A DNA stretch of 64,000 nucleotides, from positions 174,468,001 to 174,532,000 of the forward strand of contig OZ024743.1 in NCBI GenBank assembly GCA_964016885.1, written 5' to 3'. Source of the stretch: Eledone cirrhosa. Its lineage: Eukaryota. The translations under genes and the position numbers were made by a program. Each line of letters opens with the position of its first letter. The first letter of the stretch is position 1. Of this stretch, positions 48,235 through 62,100 are shown in pieces. The notes beneath the pieces are model-generated. The model saw only the letters and a list, made by a program, of their open reading frames with translations, was not told where the DNA came from and searched no databases.

Positions 48235-48580
48235 AAAAAGTGGCTCGAATCGCTAAGTTTTTTTTAATAAGTATTTGGTTGTTACGTATAATAAATTTCG
48301 CGCCACTTCGCATTACAAGGTTCTTATTCTATTTGCCATTAAAAAAGGGCGGCTCAAATTGTTTTTTCATATATAAGTGATATATGGTTGGTTGATGACT
48401 GTCACGTGAATAAGCACATCTACTTTCGCGCCAGTTCGCGTTTGAGGGTTCTTTATTGTCATTTTCCTTTAAAAAAGTGGCTCAAAATTTTGTTTTTTTA
48501 TGAATGTAATTTGATTGGTTATGACTGTCACGTGAATAAGTACATTAATTTCGCGCCAGTTCGTATTTGGAGGTTCTTTG
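48235..48580. repeat. Three diverged tandem units of about 125 bp
   Basis: TTCGCGCCA(C/G)TTCG near 48297, 48425 and 48550; each unit has AAAA..GGCTC(A/G)AA. Confidence 0.7.
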
Positions 48581-48607
48581 CAGAAAGTTGTGTGCCAAAC
48601 AAAAGAT

Positions 48608-49286
48608 AATTGTTTCTACTTTAGGCACAAGGCCAGCAATTAGCCAGTACATTACTGGTACATAATTTTATCGACCCCGTAAGGATGAAAGGCAAAGTTA
48701 ACCCCGGGGGACGTAAACAAAAGATAAATGTTTCTTCTTTAGGCACAAGGCCAGCAATTACTTAGTACATTACTGGTACTTTATTTTATCGACCCTGTAA
48801 GGATGAAAGGCAAAGTTAACCTCGGTGGGATTTGAACTCAGATCGTAAAGGGACGTAACTATGCTGGAAAGCATGGCGTCCAACCCTCTACCGATACTGC
48901 CAAGTAAACAAAAGATAATTGTTTCTACTTTAGGCACAAGGCCAGCAATTACCCAGTGCATTACTGGTACTTTATTTTATCGACCCCGTAAGGATGAAAG
49001 GCAAAGTCAACCTCGGCGGGATTTGAACTCAGATCGTAAAGGGACGTAACTATGCTGGAAAGCATGGCGTCCGACCCTCTACTGATACTGCCAATAATTG
49101 TTTCTACCTTTGGCACAAGGCCAGCAATTACCCAGTACATTACTGGTACTTTATTTTATCGACCCCGTAAGGATGAAAGGCAAAGTTAACCTTGGCGGGA
49201 TTTGAACTCAGAATGGAAAGGGCTATAACTCTATGCGTCAAAGCATGGCGTCCGACCCTCTACCGATACTGCCAATCCACCGCCTT
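48608..49286 (-). mobile_element. Tandem array of five main-family SINE copies (variously 5'-truncated)
   Basis: TGTTTCTACTTTAGGCACAAGGCCAGC-like 3' ends near 48611, 48729, 48920 and 49099 give four clear units; the count of five is uncertain and four may be correct. The last copy ends ..CCACCGCC at 49284. Confidence 0.7.
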
Positions 49287-49404
49287 AATGGTCAAGAAAA
49301 AGGGATGGAGAGAAATCGTTCTGGTTTAGTGAGTCTGGCTGATGTGCTGGGGTGTCAAAATTCAGACTTTCTTTTAAAATAAATTGCTTGTATCGATAGT
49401 GGTG

Positions 49405-49462
49405 GTGGTGGGGGCGACAGGGTAGAAAATAGAGAGATATTTTTATTTGTGTGTGGATGTGG

Positions 49463-49536
<74 letters not shown>

Positions 49537-49780
49537 GAAAATGATTTCATTAGCAGAAATGGAGAAGGGAGTTATGTGTGTGTGTGTCTGTGTGTATGGG
49601 TGTTTTATGTGTGTGTGGGGGGGGGGGGTATGGTTAGCATGTTGGGGTGGGGGCGACAGGGTAGAAAATAAAGATATATATTTTTATTTGTGTGCAGATG
49701 TGTGTGTGTGTAGGAAAATGATTCCGTTAGTAGAAATGGAGAAGGAAGTTGTGTGTGTGTGTATGGGTGTCATATGTGCG
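49405..49780. repeat. About 240-bp local tandem duplication containing (TG)n
   Basis: GGTGGGGGCGACAGGGTAGAAAATA..TAGGAAAATGATT..AGAAATGGAGAAGG occurs at about 49407 and 49647. Confidence 0.8.
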
Positions 49781-49890
49781 TGAGTAAGAGTGTGTGGAGG
49801 ATATGGTTAGCATGTTAAGGTGTTAAAATATTAATGTATGTTAAAGTCTATTTAGCTCTGGTTTTTATTTTCGAATATAGAGGAGGGTGT

Positions 49891-50031
<141 letters not shown>

Positions 50032-50195
50032 TATTTCGATGGTTAGCATGTTATGGTGTTAACATATTAATGTATATTAAATATATTTAATGGTGGTCTA
50101 TATTTTTGAATAAACATGTTTTACGTATTTATTCAGAATTGGATTTAAATCTATACTTCTTCCGTTCTTTCCATATCTGTCGCAGTGAATATTTC

Positions 50196-53100
50196 ATATA
50201 GGATGTAGGTAGTCTTTGATATACTGTACCTGTTATATAGGATGTAGGTAGTCTTTGATATACTGTACCTGTTATATAGGATGTAGGTAGTCTTTGATAT
50301 ACTGTACCTGTTACATAGGATGTAGGTAGTCTTTGATATACTGTACCTGTTATATAGGATGTAGGTAGTCTTTGATATACTGTACCTGTTATATAGGATG
50401 TAGGTAGTCTTTGATATACTGTAACTGTTATATAGGATGTAGGTAGTCTTTGATATACTGTACCTGTTATATAGGATGTAGGTAGTCTTTGATATACTGT
50501 ACCTGTTATCTAGGATGTAGGTAGTCTTTGATATACTGTACCTGTTATATAGGATGTAGGTAGTCTTTGATATACTGTACCTGTTATATATGATGTAGGT
50601 AGTCTTTGATATACTGTACCTGTTATATAGGATGTAGGTAGTCTTTGATATACTGTACCTGTTATATAGGATGTAGGTAGTCTTTGATATACTGTACCTG
50701 TTACATAGGATGTAGGTAGTCTTTGATATACTGTACCTGTTATATATGATGTAGGTAGTCTTTGATATACTGTACCTGTTATATAGGATGTAGGTAGTCT
50801 TTGATATACTGTACCTGTTATATAGGATGTAGGTAGTCTTTGATATACTGTACCTGTTACATAGGATGTAGGTAGTCTTTGATATACTGTACCTGTTATA
50901 TAGGATGTAGGTAGTCTTTGAAATACTGTACCTATTATATGAGATGTAGGAAGTTTTTGATATACTGTACCTGTTATATAGGATGTAGGTAGTCTTTGAT
51001 ATACTGTACCTGTTATATAGGATGTAGGTAGTCTTTGATATACTGTACCTGTTAAATAGGATGTAGGTAGTCTTTGATATACTGTACCTGTTATATAGGA
51101 TGTAGGTAGTCTTTGATATACTGTACCTGTTATATAGGATGTAGGTAGTCTTTGATATACTGTACCTGTTACATAGGATGTAGGTAGTCTTTGATATACT
51201 GTACCTGTTATATAGGATGTATGTAGTCTTTGGGATACTGTACCTGTTACATAGGATGTAGGTAGTATTTGATATACTGTACCTGTTATATAGGATGTAG
51301 GTAGTCTTTGATATACTGTACCTGTTATATAGGATGTAGGTAGTCTTTGATATACTGTACCTGTTATATAGGATGTAGGTAGTGTTTGATATACTGTACC
51401 TGTTATATAGGATGTAGGTAGTCTTTGATATACTGTACCTGTTATATATGATGTAGGTAGTCTTTGATATACTGTACCTGTTACATAGGATGTAGGTAGT
51501 CTTTGATATACTGTACCTGTTATATAGGATGTATGTAGTCTTTGGTATACTGTACCTGTTACATAGGATGTAGGTAGTCTTTGATATACTGTACCTGTTA
51601 TATAGGATGTAGGTAGTCTTTGATATACTGTACCTATTATATAGGATGTAGGTAGTCTTTGATATACTGTACCTGCTATATAGGATGTAGGTAGTCTTTG
51701 ATATACTGTACCTGTTATATAGGATGTAGGTAGTCTTTGATATACTGTACCTGTTATATAGGATGTAGGTAGTCTTTGATATACTGTACCTGTTATATAG
51801 GATGTAGGTAGTCTTTGATATACTGTACCTGTTATATAGGATGTAGGTAGTCTTTGATATACTGTACCTGTTATATAGGATGTACGTAGTCTTTGATATA
51901 CTGTACCTGTTATATGAGATGTAGGAAGTCTTTGATATACTGTACCTGTTATATAGGATGTAGGTAGTCTTTGATATACTGTACCTGTTATATGAGATGT
52001 AGGAAGTTTTTGATATACTGTACCTGTTATATAGGATGTAGGTAGTCTTTGATATACTGTACCTGTTATATAGGATGTAGGTAGTCTTTGATATACTGTA
52101 CCTGTTAAATAGGATGTAGGTAGTCTTTGATATACTGTACCTGTTATATAGGATGTAGGTAGTCTTTGATATACTGTACCTGTTACATAGGATGTAGGTA
52201 GTCTTTGATATACTGTACCTGTTATATAGGATGTATGTAGTCTTTGGTATACTGTACCTGTTACATAGGATGTAGGTAGTCTTTGATATACTGTACCTGT
52301 TATATAGGATGTAGGTAGTCTTTGATATACTGTACCTGTTATATAGGATGTAGGTAGTCTTTGATATACTGTACCTGTTATATAGGATGTAGGTAGTCTT
52401 TGATATACTGTACCTGTTATATAGGATGTAGGTAGTCTTTGATATACTGTACATGTTAAATAGGATGTAGGTAGTCTTTGATATACTGTACCTGTTATAT
52501 AGGATGTAGGTAGTCTTTGATATACTGTACCTGTTATATAGGATGTAGGTAGTCTTTGATATACTGTACCTGTTATATAGGATGTAGGTAGTGTTTGATA
52601 TACTGTACCTGTTATATAGGATGTAGGTAGTCTTTGATATACTGTACCTGTTATATATGATGTAGGTAGTCTTTGATATACTGTACCTGTTACATAGGAT
52701 GTAGGTAGTCTTTGATATACTGTACCTGTTATATAGGATGTATGTAGTCTTTGGTATACTGTACCTGTTACATAGGATGTAGGTAGTCTTTGATATACTG
52801 TACCTGTTATATAGGATGTAGGTAGTCTTTGATATACTGTACCTATTATATAGGATGTAGGTAGTCTTTGATATACTGTACCTGCTATATAGGATGTAGG
52901 TAGTCTTTGATATACTGTACCTGTTATATAGGATGTAGGTAGTCTTTGATATACTGTACCTGTTATATAGGATGTAGGTAGTCTTTGATATACTGTACCT
53001 GTTATATAGGATGTAGGTAGTCTTTGATATACTGTACCTGTTATATAGGATGTAGGTAGTCTTTGATATACTGTACCTGTTATATAGGATGTAGGTAGTT

Positions 53101-56100
53101 TTTGATATACTGTACCTGTTATATGAGATGTAGGAAGTCTTTGATATACTGTACCTGTTATATAGGATGTAGGTAGTCTTTGATATACTGTACCTGTTAT
53201 ATGAGATGTAGGAAGTTTTTGATATACTGTACCTGTTATATAGGATGTAGGTAGTCTTTGATATACTGTACCTGTTATATAGGATGTAGGTAGTCTTTGA
53301 TATACTGTACCTGTTAAATAGGATGTAGGTAGTCTTTGATATACTGTACCTGTTATATAGGATGTAGGTAGTCTTTGATATACTGTACCTGTTACATAGG
53401 ATGTAGGTAGTCTTTGATATACTGTACCTGTTATATAGGATGTATGTAGTCTTTGGTATACTGTACCTGTTACATAGGATGTAGGTAGTCTTTGATATAC
53501 TGTACCTGTTATATAGGATGTAGGTAGTCTTTGATATACTGTACCTGTTATATAGGATGTAGGTAGTCTTTGATATACTGTACCTGTTATATAGGATGTA
53601 GGTAGTCTTTGATATACTGTACCTGTTATATAGGATGTAGGTAATCTTTGATATACTGTACCTGTTATATAGGATGTAGGTAGTCTTTGATATACTGTAC
53701 TTGTTATATAGGATGTAGGTAGTCTTTGATATACTGTACCTGTTACATAGGATGTAGGTAGTCTTTGATATACTGTACCTGTTATATAGGATGTAGGTAG
53801 TCTTTGATATACTGTACCTGTTATATAGGATGTAGGTAGTCTTTGATATACTGTACCTGTTATATAGGATGTAGGTAGTCTTTGATATACTGTACCTGTT
53901 ATATAGGATGTAGGTAGTCTTTGATATACTGTACGTGTTATATAGGATGTAGGTAGTCTGTGATATACTGTACCTGTTATATAGGATGTACGTAGTCTTT
54001 GATATGCTGTACCTGTTATATGAGATGTAGGAAGTCTTTGATATACTCTACCTGTTATATAGGATGTAGGTAGTCTTTGATATACTGTACCTGTTATATA
54101 GGATGTAGGTAGTCTTTGATATACTGTACCTGTTATATAGGATGTAGGTAGTCTTTGATATACTGTACCTGTTATATAGGATGTAGGTAGTCTTTGATAT
54201 ACTGTAACTGTTATATAGGATGTAGGTAGTCTGTGATATACTGTACCTGTTATATAGGATGTACGTAGTCTTTGATATGCTGTACCTGTTATATGAGATG
54301 TAGGAAGTCTTTGATATACTCTACCTGTTATATAGGATGTAGGTAGTCTTTGATATACTGTACCTGTTATATAGGATGTAGGTAGTCTTTGATATACTGT
54401 ACCTGTTATATAGGATGTAGGTAGTCTTTGATATACTGTACCTGTTATATAGGATGTAGGTAGTCTTTGATATACTGTACCTTTTATATAGGATGTAGGT
54501 AGTCTTTGATATACTGTACCTGTTATATAGGATGTAGGTAGTCTTTGAAATACTGTACCTATTATATGAGATGTAGGAAGTTTTTGATATATTGTACCTG
54601 TTATATAGGATGTAGGTAGTCTTTGATATGCTGTACCTGTTATATAGGATGTAGGTAGTCTTTGATATACTGTACCTGTTAAATAGGATGTAGGTAGTCT
54701 TTGATATACTGTACCTGTTATATAGGATGTAGGTAGTCTTTGATATACTGTACATGTTAAATAGGATGTAGGTAGTCTTTGATATACTGTACCTGTTATA
54801 TAGGATGTAGGTAGTCTTTCATATACTGTACCTGTTATATAGGATGTAGGTAGTCTTTGATATACTGTACCTGTTATATAGGATGTAGGTAGTGTTTGAT
54901 ATACTGTACCTGTTATATAGGATGTAGGTAGTCTTTGATATACTGTACCTGTTATATATGATGTAGGTAGTCTTTGATATACTGTACCTGTTACATAGGA
55001 TGTAGGTAGTCTTTGATATACTGTACCTGTTATATAGGATGTATGTAGTCTTTGGTATACTGTACCTGTTATATAGGATGTAGGTAGTCTTTGATATACT
55101 GTACCTGTTATATAGGATGTAGGTAGTCTTTGATATACTGTACCTATTATATAGGATGTAGGTAGTCTTTGATATACTGTACCTGTTACATAGGATGTAG
55201 GTAGTCTTTGATATACTGTACCTGTTATATAGGATGTAGGTAGTCTTTGATATACTGTACCTGTTACATAGGATGTAGGTAGTCTTTGATATACTGTACC
55301 TGTTATATAGGATGTATGTAGTCTTTGGTATACTGTACCTGTTACATAGGATGTAGGTAGTCTTTGATATACTGTACCTGTTACATAGGATGTAGGCAGT
55401 CTTTGATATACTGTACCTGTTATATAGGATGTAGGTAGTCTTTGATATACTGTACCTGTTATATAGGATGTAGGTAGTCTTTGATATACTGTACCTGTTA
55501 TATAGGATGTAGGTAGTCTTTGATATACTGTACATGTTAAATAGGATGTAGGTAGTCTTTGATATACTGTACCTGTTATATAGGATGTAGGTAGTCTTTG
55601 ATATACTGTACCTGTTATATAGGATGTAGGTAGTCTTTGATATACTGTACCTGTTATATAGGATGTAGGTAGTGTTTGATATACTGTACCTGTTATATAG
55701 GATGTAGGTAGTCTTTGATATACTGTACCTGTTATATATGATGTAGGTAGTCTTTGATATACTGTACCTGTTACATAGGATGTAGGTAGTCTTTGATATA
55801 CTGTACCTGTTATATAGGATGTATGTAGTCTTTGGTATACTGTACCTGTTACATAGGATGTAGGTAGTCTTTGATATACTGTACCTGTTATATAGGATGT
55901 AGGTAGTCTTTGATACACTGTACCTATTATATAGGATGTAGGTAGTCTTTGATATACTGTACCTGCTATATAGGATGTAGGTAGTCTTTGATATACTGTA
56001 CCTGTTATATAGGATGTAGGTAGTCTTTGATATACTGTACCTGTTATATAGGATGTAGGTAGTCTTTGATATACTGTACCTGTTATATAGGATGTAGGTA

Positions 56101-59100
56101 GTCTTTGATATACTGTACCTGTTATATAGGATGTAGGTAGTCTTTGATATACTGTACCTGTTATATAGGATGTAGGTAGTCTTTGATATACTGTACCTGT
56201 TATATAGGATGTAGGTAGTCTTTGATATACTGTACCTGTTATATAGGATGTAGGTAGTCTTTGATATAATGTAACTGTTATATAGGATGTAGGTAGTCTG
56301 TGATATACTGTACCTGTTATATAGGATGTACGTAGTCTTTGATATGCTGTACCTGTTATATGAGATGTAGGAAGTCTTTGATATACTCTACCTGTTATAT
56401 AGGATGTAGGTAGTCTTTGATATACTGTACCTGTTATATAGGATGTAGGTAGTCTTTGATATACTGTACCTGTTATATAGGATGTAGGTAGTCTTTGATA
56501 TACTGTACCTGTTATATAGGATTTGGGTAGTCTTTGATATACTGTACCTGTTATATAGGATGTAGGTAGTCTTTGATATACTGTACCTGTTATATAGGAT
56601 GTAGGTAGTCTTTGAAATACTGTACCTATTATATGAGATGTAGGAAGTTTTTGATATACTGTACCTGTTATATAGGATGTAGGTAGTCTTTGATATACTG
56701 TACCTGTTATATAGGATGTAGGTAGTCTTTGATATACTGTACCTGTTAAATAGGATGTAGGTAGTCTTTGATATACTGTACCTGTTATATAGGATGTAGG
56801 TAGTCTTTGATATACTGTACCTGTTATATAGGATGTAGGTAGTCTTTGATATACTGTACCTGTTACATAGGATGTAGGTAGTCTTTGATATACTGTACCT
56901 GTTATATAGGATGTAGGTAGTCTTTGATATACTGTACCTGTTATATAGGATGTAGGTAGTCTTTGATATACTGTACCTGTTATATAGGATGTAGGTAGTC
57001 TTTGATATACTGTACCTGTTATATAGGATGTAGGAAGTCTTTGATATACTTTACCTGTTATATAGGATGTAGGTAGTCTTTGATATACTGTACCTGTTAT
57101 ATAGGATGTAGGTAGTCTGTGATATACTGTACCTGTTATATAGGATGTAGGTAGTCTTTGATATACTGTACCTGTTATATAGGATGTAGGTAGTCTTTGA
57201 TATACTGTACCTGTTATATAGGATGTAGGTAGTCTTTGATATACTGTACCTGTTATATAGGATGTAGGTAGTCTTTGATATACTGTACCTGCTATATAGG
57301 ATGTAGGTAGTCTTTGATATACTGTACCTGTTATATAGGATGTACGTAGTCTTTGATATACTGTACCTGTTATATGAGATGTAGGAAGTCTTTGATATAC
57401 TGTACCTGTTATATAGGATGTAGGTAGTCTTTGATATACTGTACCTGTTATATGAGATGTAGGAAGTTTTTGATATACTGTACCTGTTATATAGGATGTA
57501 GGTAGTCTTTGATATACTGTACCTGTTATATAGGATGTAGGTAGTCTTTGATATACTGTACCTGTTTAATAGGATGTAGGTAGTCTTTGATATACTGTAC
57601 CTGTTATATAGGATGTAGGTAGTCTTTGATATACTGTACCTGTTACATAGGATGTAGGTAGTCTTTGATATACTGTACCTGTTATATAGGATGTATGTAG
57701 TCTTTGGTATACTGTACCTGTTACATAGGATGTAGGTAGTCTTTGATATACTGTACCTGTTATATAGGATGTAGGTAGTCTTTGATATACTGTACCTGTT
57801 ATATAGGATGTAGGTAGTATTTGATATACTGTATCTGTTATATAGGATGTAGGTAGTCTTTGATATACTGTACCTGTTATATAGGATGTAGGTAGTCTTT
57901 GATATACTGTACATGTTAAATAGGATGTAGGTAGTCTTTGATATACTGTACCTGTTATATAGGATGTAGGTAGTCTTTGATATACTGTACCTGTTATATA
58001 GGATGTAGGTAGTCTTTGATATACTGTACCTGTTATATAGGATGTAGGTAATGTTTGATATACTGTACCTGTTATATAGGATGTAGGTAGTCTTTGATAT
58101 ACTGTACCTGTTATATATGATGTAGGTAGTCTTTGATATACTGTACCTGTTACATAGGATGTAGGTAGTCTTTGATATACTGTACCTGTTATATAGGATG
58201 TATGTAGTCTTTGGTATACTGTACCTGTTACATAGGATGTAGGTAGTCTTTGATATACTGTACCTGTTATATAGGATGTAGGTAGTCTTTGATATACTGT
58301 ACCTATTATATAGGATGTAGGTAGTCTTTGATATACTGTACCTGTTACATAGGATGTAGGTAGTCTTTGATATACTGTACCTGTTATATAGGATGTAGGT
58401 AGTCTTTGATATACTGTACCTGTTACATAGGATGTAGGTAGTCTTTGATATACTGTACCTGTTATATAGGATGTATGTAGTCTTTGGTATACTGTACCTG
58501 TTACATAGGATGTAGGTAGTCTTTGATATACTGTACCTGTTATATAGGATGTAGGTAGTCTTTGATATACTGTAACTATTATATAGGATGTAGGTAGTCT
58601 TTGATATACTGTACCTGCTATATAGGATGTAGGTAGTCTTTGATATACTCTACCTGTTATATGAGATGTAGGAAGTCTTTGATATACTCTACCTGTTATA
58701 TAGGATGTAGGTAGTCTTTGATATACTGTACCTGTTATATAGGATGTAGGTAGTCTGTGATATACTGTACCTGTTATATAGGATGTACGTAGTCTTTGAT
58801 ATGCTGTACCTGTTATATGAGATGTAGGAAGTCTTTGATATACTCTACCTGTTATATAGGATGTAGGTAGTCTTTGATATACTGTACCTGTTATATAGGA
58901 TGTAGGTAGTCTTTGATATACTGTACCTGTTATATAGGATGTAGGTAGTCTTTGATATACTGTACCTGTTATATAGGATGTATGTAGTCTTTGGTATACT
59001 GTACCTGTTACATAGGATGTAGGTAGTCTTTGATATACTGTACCTGTTATATAGGATGTAGGTAGTCTTTGATATACTGTACCTGTTATATAGGATGTAG

Positions 59101-62100
59101 GTAGTATTTGATATACTGTACCTGTTATATAGGATGTAGGTAGTCTTTGATATACTGTACCTGTTATATAGGATGTAGGTAGTCTTTGATATACTGTACA
59201 TGTTAAATAGGATGTAGGTAGTCTTTGATATACTGTACCTGTTATATAGGATGTAGGTAGTCTTTGATATACTGTACCTGTTATATAGGATGTAGGTAGT
59301 GTTTGATATACTGTACCTGTTATATAGGATGTAGGTAGTCTTTGATATACTGTACCTGTTATATATGATGTAGGTAGTCTTTGATATACTGTACCTGTTA
59401 CATAGGATGTAGGTAGTCTTTGATATACTGTACCTGTTATATAGGATGTATGTAGTCTTTGGTATACTGTACCTGTTACATAGGATGTAGGTAGTCTTTG
59501 ATATACTGTACCTGTTATATAGGATGTATGTAGTCTTTGATATACTGTACCTATTATATAGGATGTAGGTAGTCTTTGATATACTGTACCTGTTACATAG
59601 GATGTAGGTAGTCTTTGATATACTGTACCTGTTATATAGGATGTAGGTAGTCTTTGATATACTGTACCTGTTACATAGGATGTAGGTAGTCTTTGATATA
59701 CTGTACCTGTTATATAGGATGTATGTAGTCTTTGGTATACTGTACCTGTTACATAGGATGTAGGTAGTCTTTGATATACTGTACCTGTTATATAGGATGT
59801 AGGTAGTCTTTGATATACTGTAACTATTATATAGGATGTAGGTAGTCTTTGATATACTGTACCTGCTATATAGGATGTAGGTAGTCTTTGATATACTGTA
59901 CCTGTTATATAGGATGTAGGTAGTCTTTGATATACTGTACCTGTTACATAGGATGTAGGTAGTCTTTGATATACTGTACCTGTTATATAGGATGTATGTA
60001 GTCTTTGGTATACTGTACCTGTTACATAGGATGTAGGCAGTCTTTGATATACTGTACCTGTTATATAGGATGTAGGTAGTCTTTGATATACTGTACCTGT
60101 TATATAGGATGTAGGTAGTCTTTGATATACTGTACCTGTTATATAGGATGTAGGTAGTCTTTGATATACTGTACCTGTTATATAGGATGTAGGTAGTCTT
60201 TGATATACTGTACATGTTAAATAGGATGTAGGTAGTCTTTGATATACTGTACCTGTTATATACGATGTAGGTAGTCTTTGATATACTGTACCTGTTACAT
60301 AGGATGTAGGTAGTCTTTGATATACTGTACCTGTTATATAGGATGTATGTAGTCTTTGGTATACTGTACCTGTTACATAGGATGTAGGCAGTCTTTGATA
60401 TACTGTACCTGTTATATAGGATGTAGGTAGTCTTTGATATACTGTACCTGTTATATAGGATGTAGGTAGTCTTTGATATACTGTACCTGTTATATAGGAT
60501 GTAGGTAGTCTTTGATATACTGTACCTGTTATATAGGATGTAGGTAGTCTTTGATATACTGTACATGTTAAATAGGATGTAGGTAGTCTTTGATATACTG
60601 TACCTGTTATATAGGATGTAGGTAGTCTTTGATATACTGTACCTGTTATATAGGATGTAGGTAGTCTTTGATATACTGTACCTGTTATATAGGATGTAGG
60701 TAGTCTTTGATATACTGTACCTGTTATATAGGATGTAGGTAGTCTTTGATATACTGTACCTGTTATATAGGATGTAGGTAGTCTTTGATATACTGTACCT
60801 GTTATATAGGATGTAGGTAGTCTTTGAAATACTGTACCTATTATATGAGATGTAGGAAGTTTTTGATATACTGTACCTGTTATATAGGATGTAGGTAGTC
60901 TTTGATATACTGTACCTGTTATATAGGATGTAGGTAGTCTTTGATATACTGTACCTGTTAAATAGGATGTAGGTAGTCTTTGATATACTGTACCTGTTAT
61001 ATAGGATGTAGGTAGTCTTTGATATACTGTACCTGTTACATAGGATGTAGGTAGTCTTTGATATACTGTAGCTGTTATATAGGATGTAGGTAGTCTTTGA
61101 TATACTGTACCTGTTATATAGGATGTAGGTAGTCTTTGATATACTGTACCTGTTATATAGGATGTAGGTAGTCTTTGATATACTGTACCTGTTATATAGG
61201 ATGTAGGAAGTCTTTGATATACTTTACCTGTTATATAGGATGTAGGTAGTCTTTGATATACTGTACCTGTTATATAGGATGTAGGTAGTCTTTGATATAC
61301 TGTACCTGTTATATAGGATGTAGGTAGTCTTTGATATACTGTACCTGTTATATAGGATGTAGGTAGTCTTTGATATACTGTACCTGTTATATAGGATGTA
61401 GGTAGTCTTTGATATACTGTACCTGTTATATAGGATGTAGGTAGTCTTTGATATACTGTACCTGCTATATAGGATGTAGGTAGTCTTTGATATACTGTAC
61501 CTGTTATATAGGATGTAGGTAGTCTTTGATATACTGTACCTGTTATATAGGATGTAGGTAGTCTTTGATATACTGTACCTGTTATATAGGATGTAGGTAG
61601 TCTTTGATATACTGTACCTGTTATATAGGATGTAGGTAGTCTTTGATATACTGTACCTGTTATATGAGATGTAGGAAGTCTTTGATATACTGTACCTGTT
61701 ATATAGGATGTAGGTAGTCTTTGATATACTGTACCTGTTATATGAGATGTAGGAAGTTTTTGATATACTGTACCTGTTATATAGGATGTAGGTAGTCTTT
61801 GATATACTGTACCTGTTATATAGGATGTAGGTAGTCTTTGATATACTGTACCTGTTAAATAGGATGTAGGTAGTCTTTGATATACTGTACCTGTCATATA
61901 GGATGTAGGTAGTCTTTGATATACTGTACCTGTTACATAGGATGTAGGTAGTCTTTGATATACTGTACCTGTTATATAGGATGTATGTAGTCTTTGGTAT
62001 ACTGTACCTGTTACATAGGATGTAGGTAGTCTTTGATATACTGTACCTGTTATATAGGATGTAGGTAGTCTTTGATATACTGTACCTGTTATATAGGATG

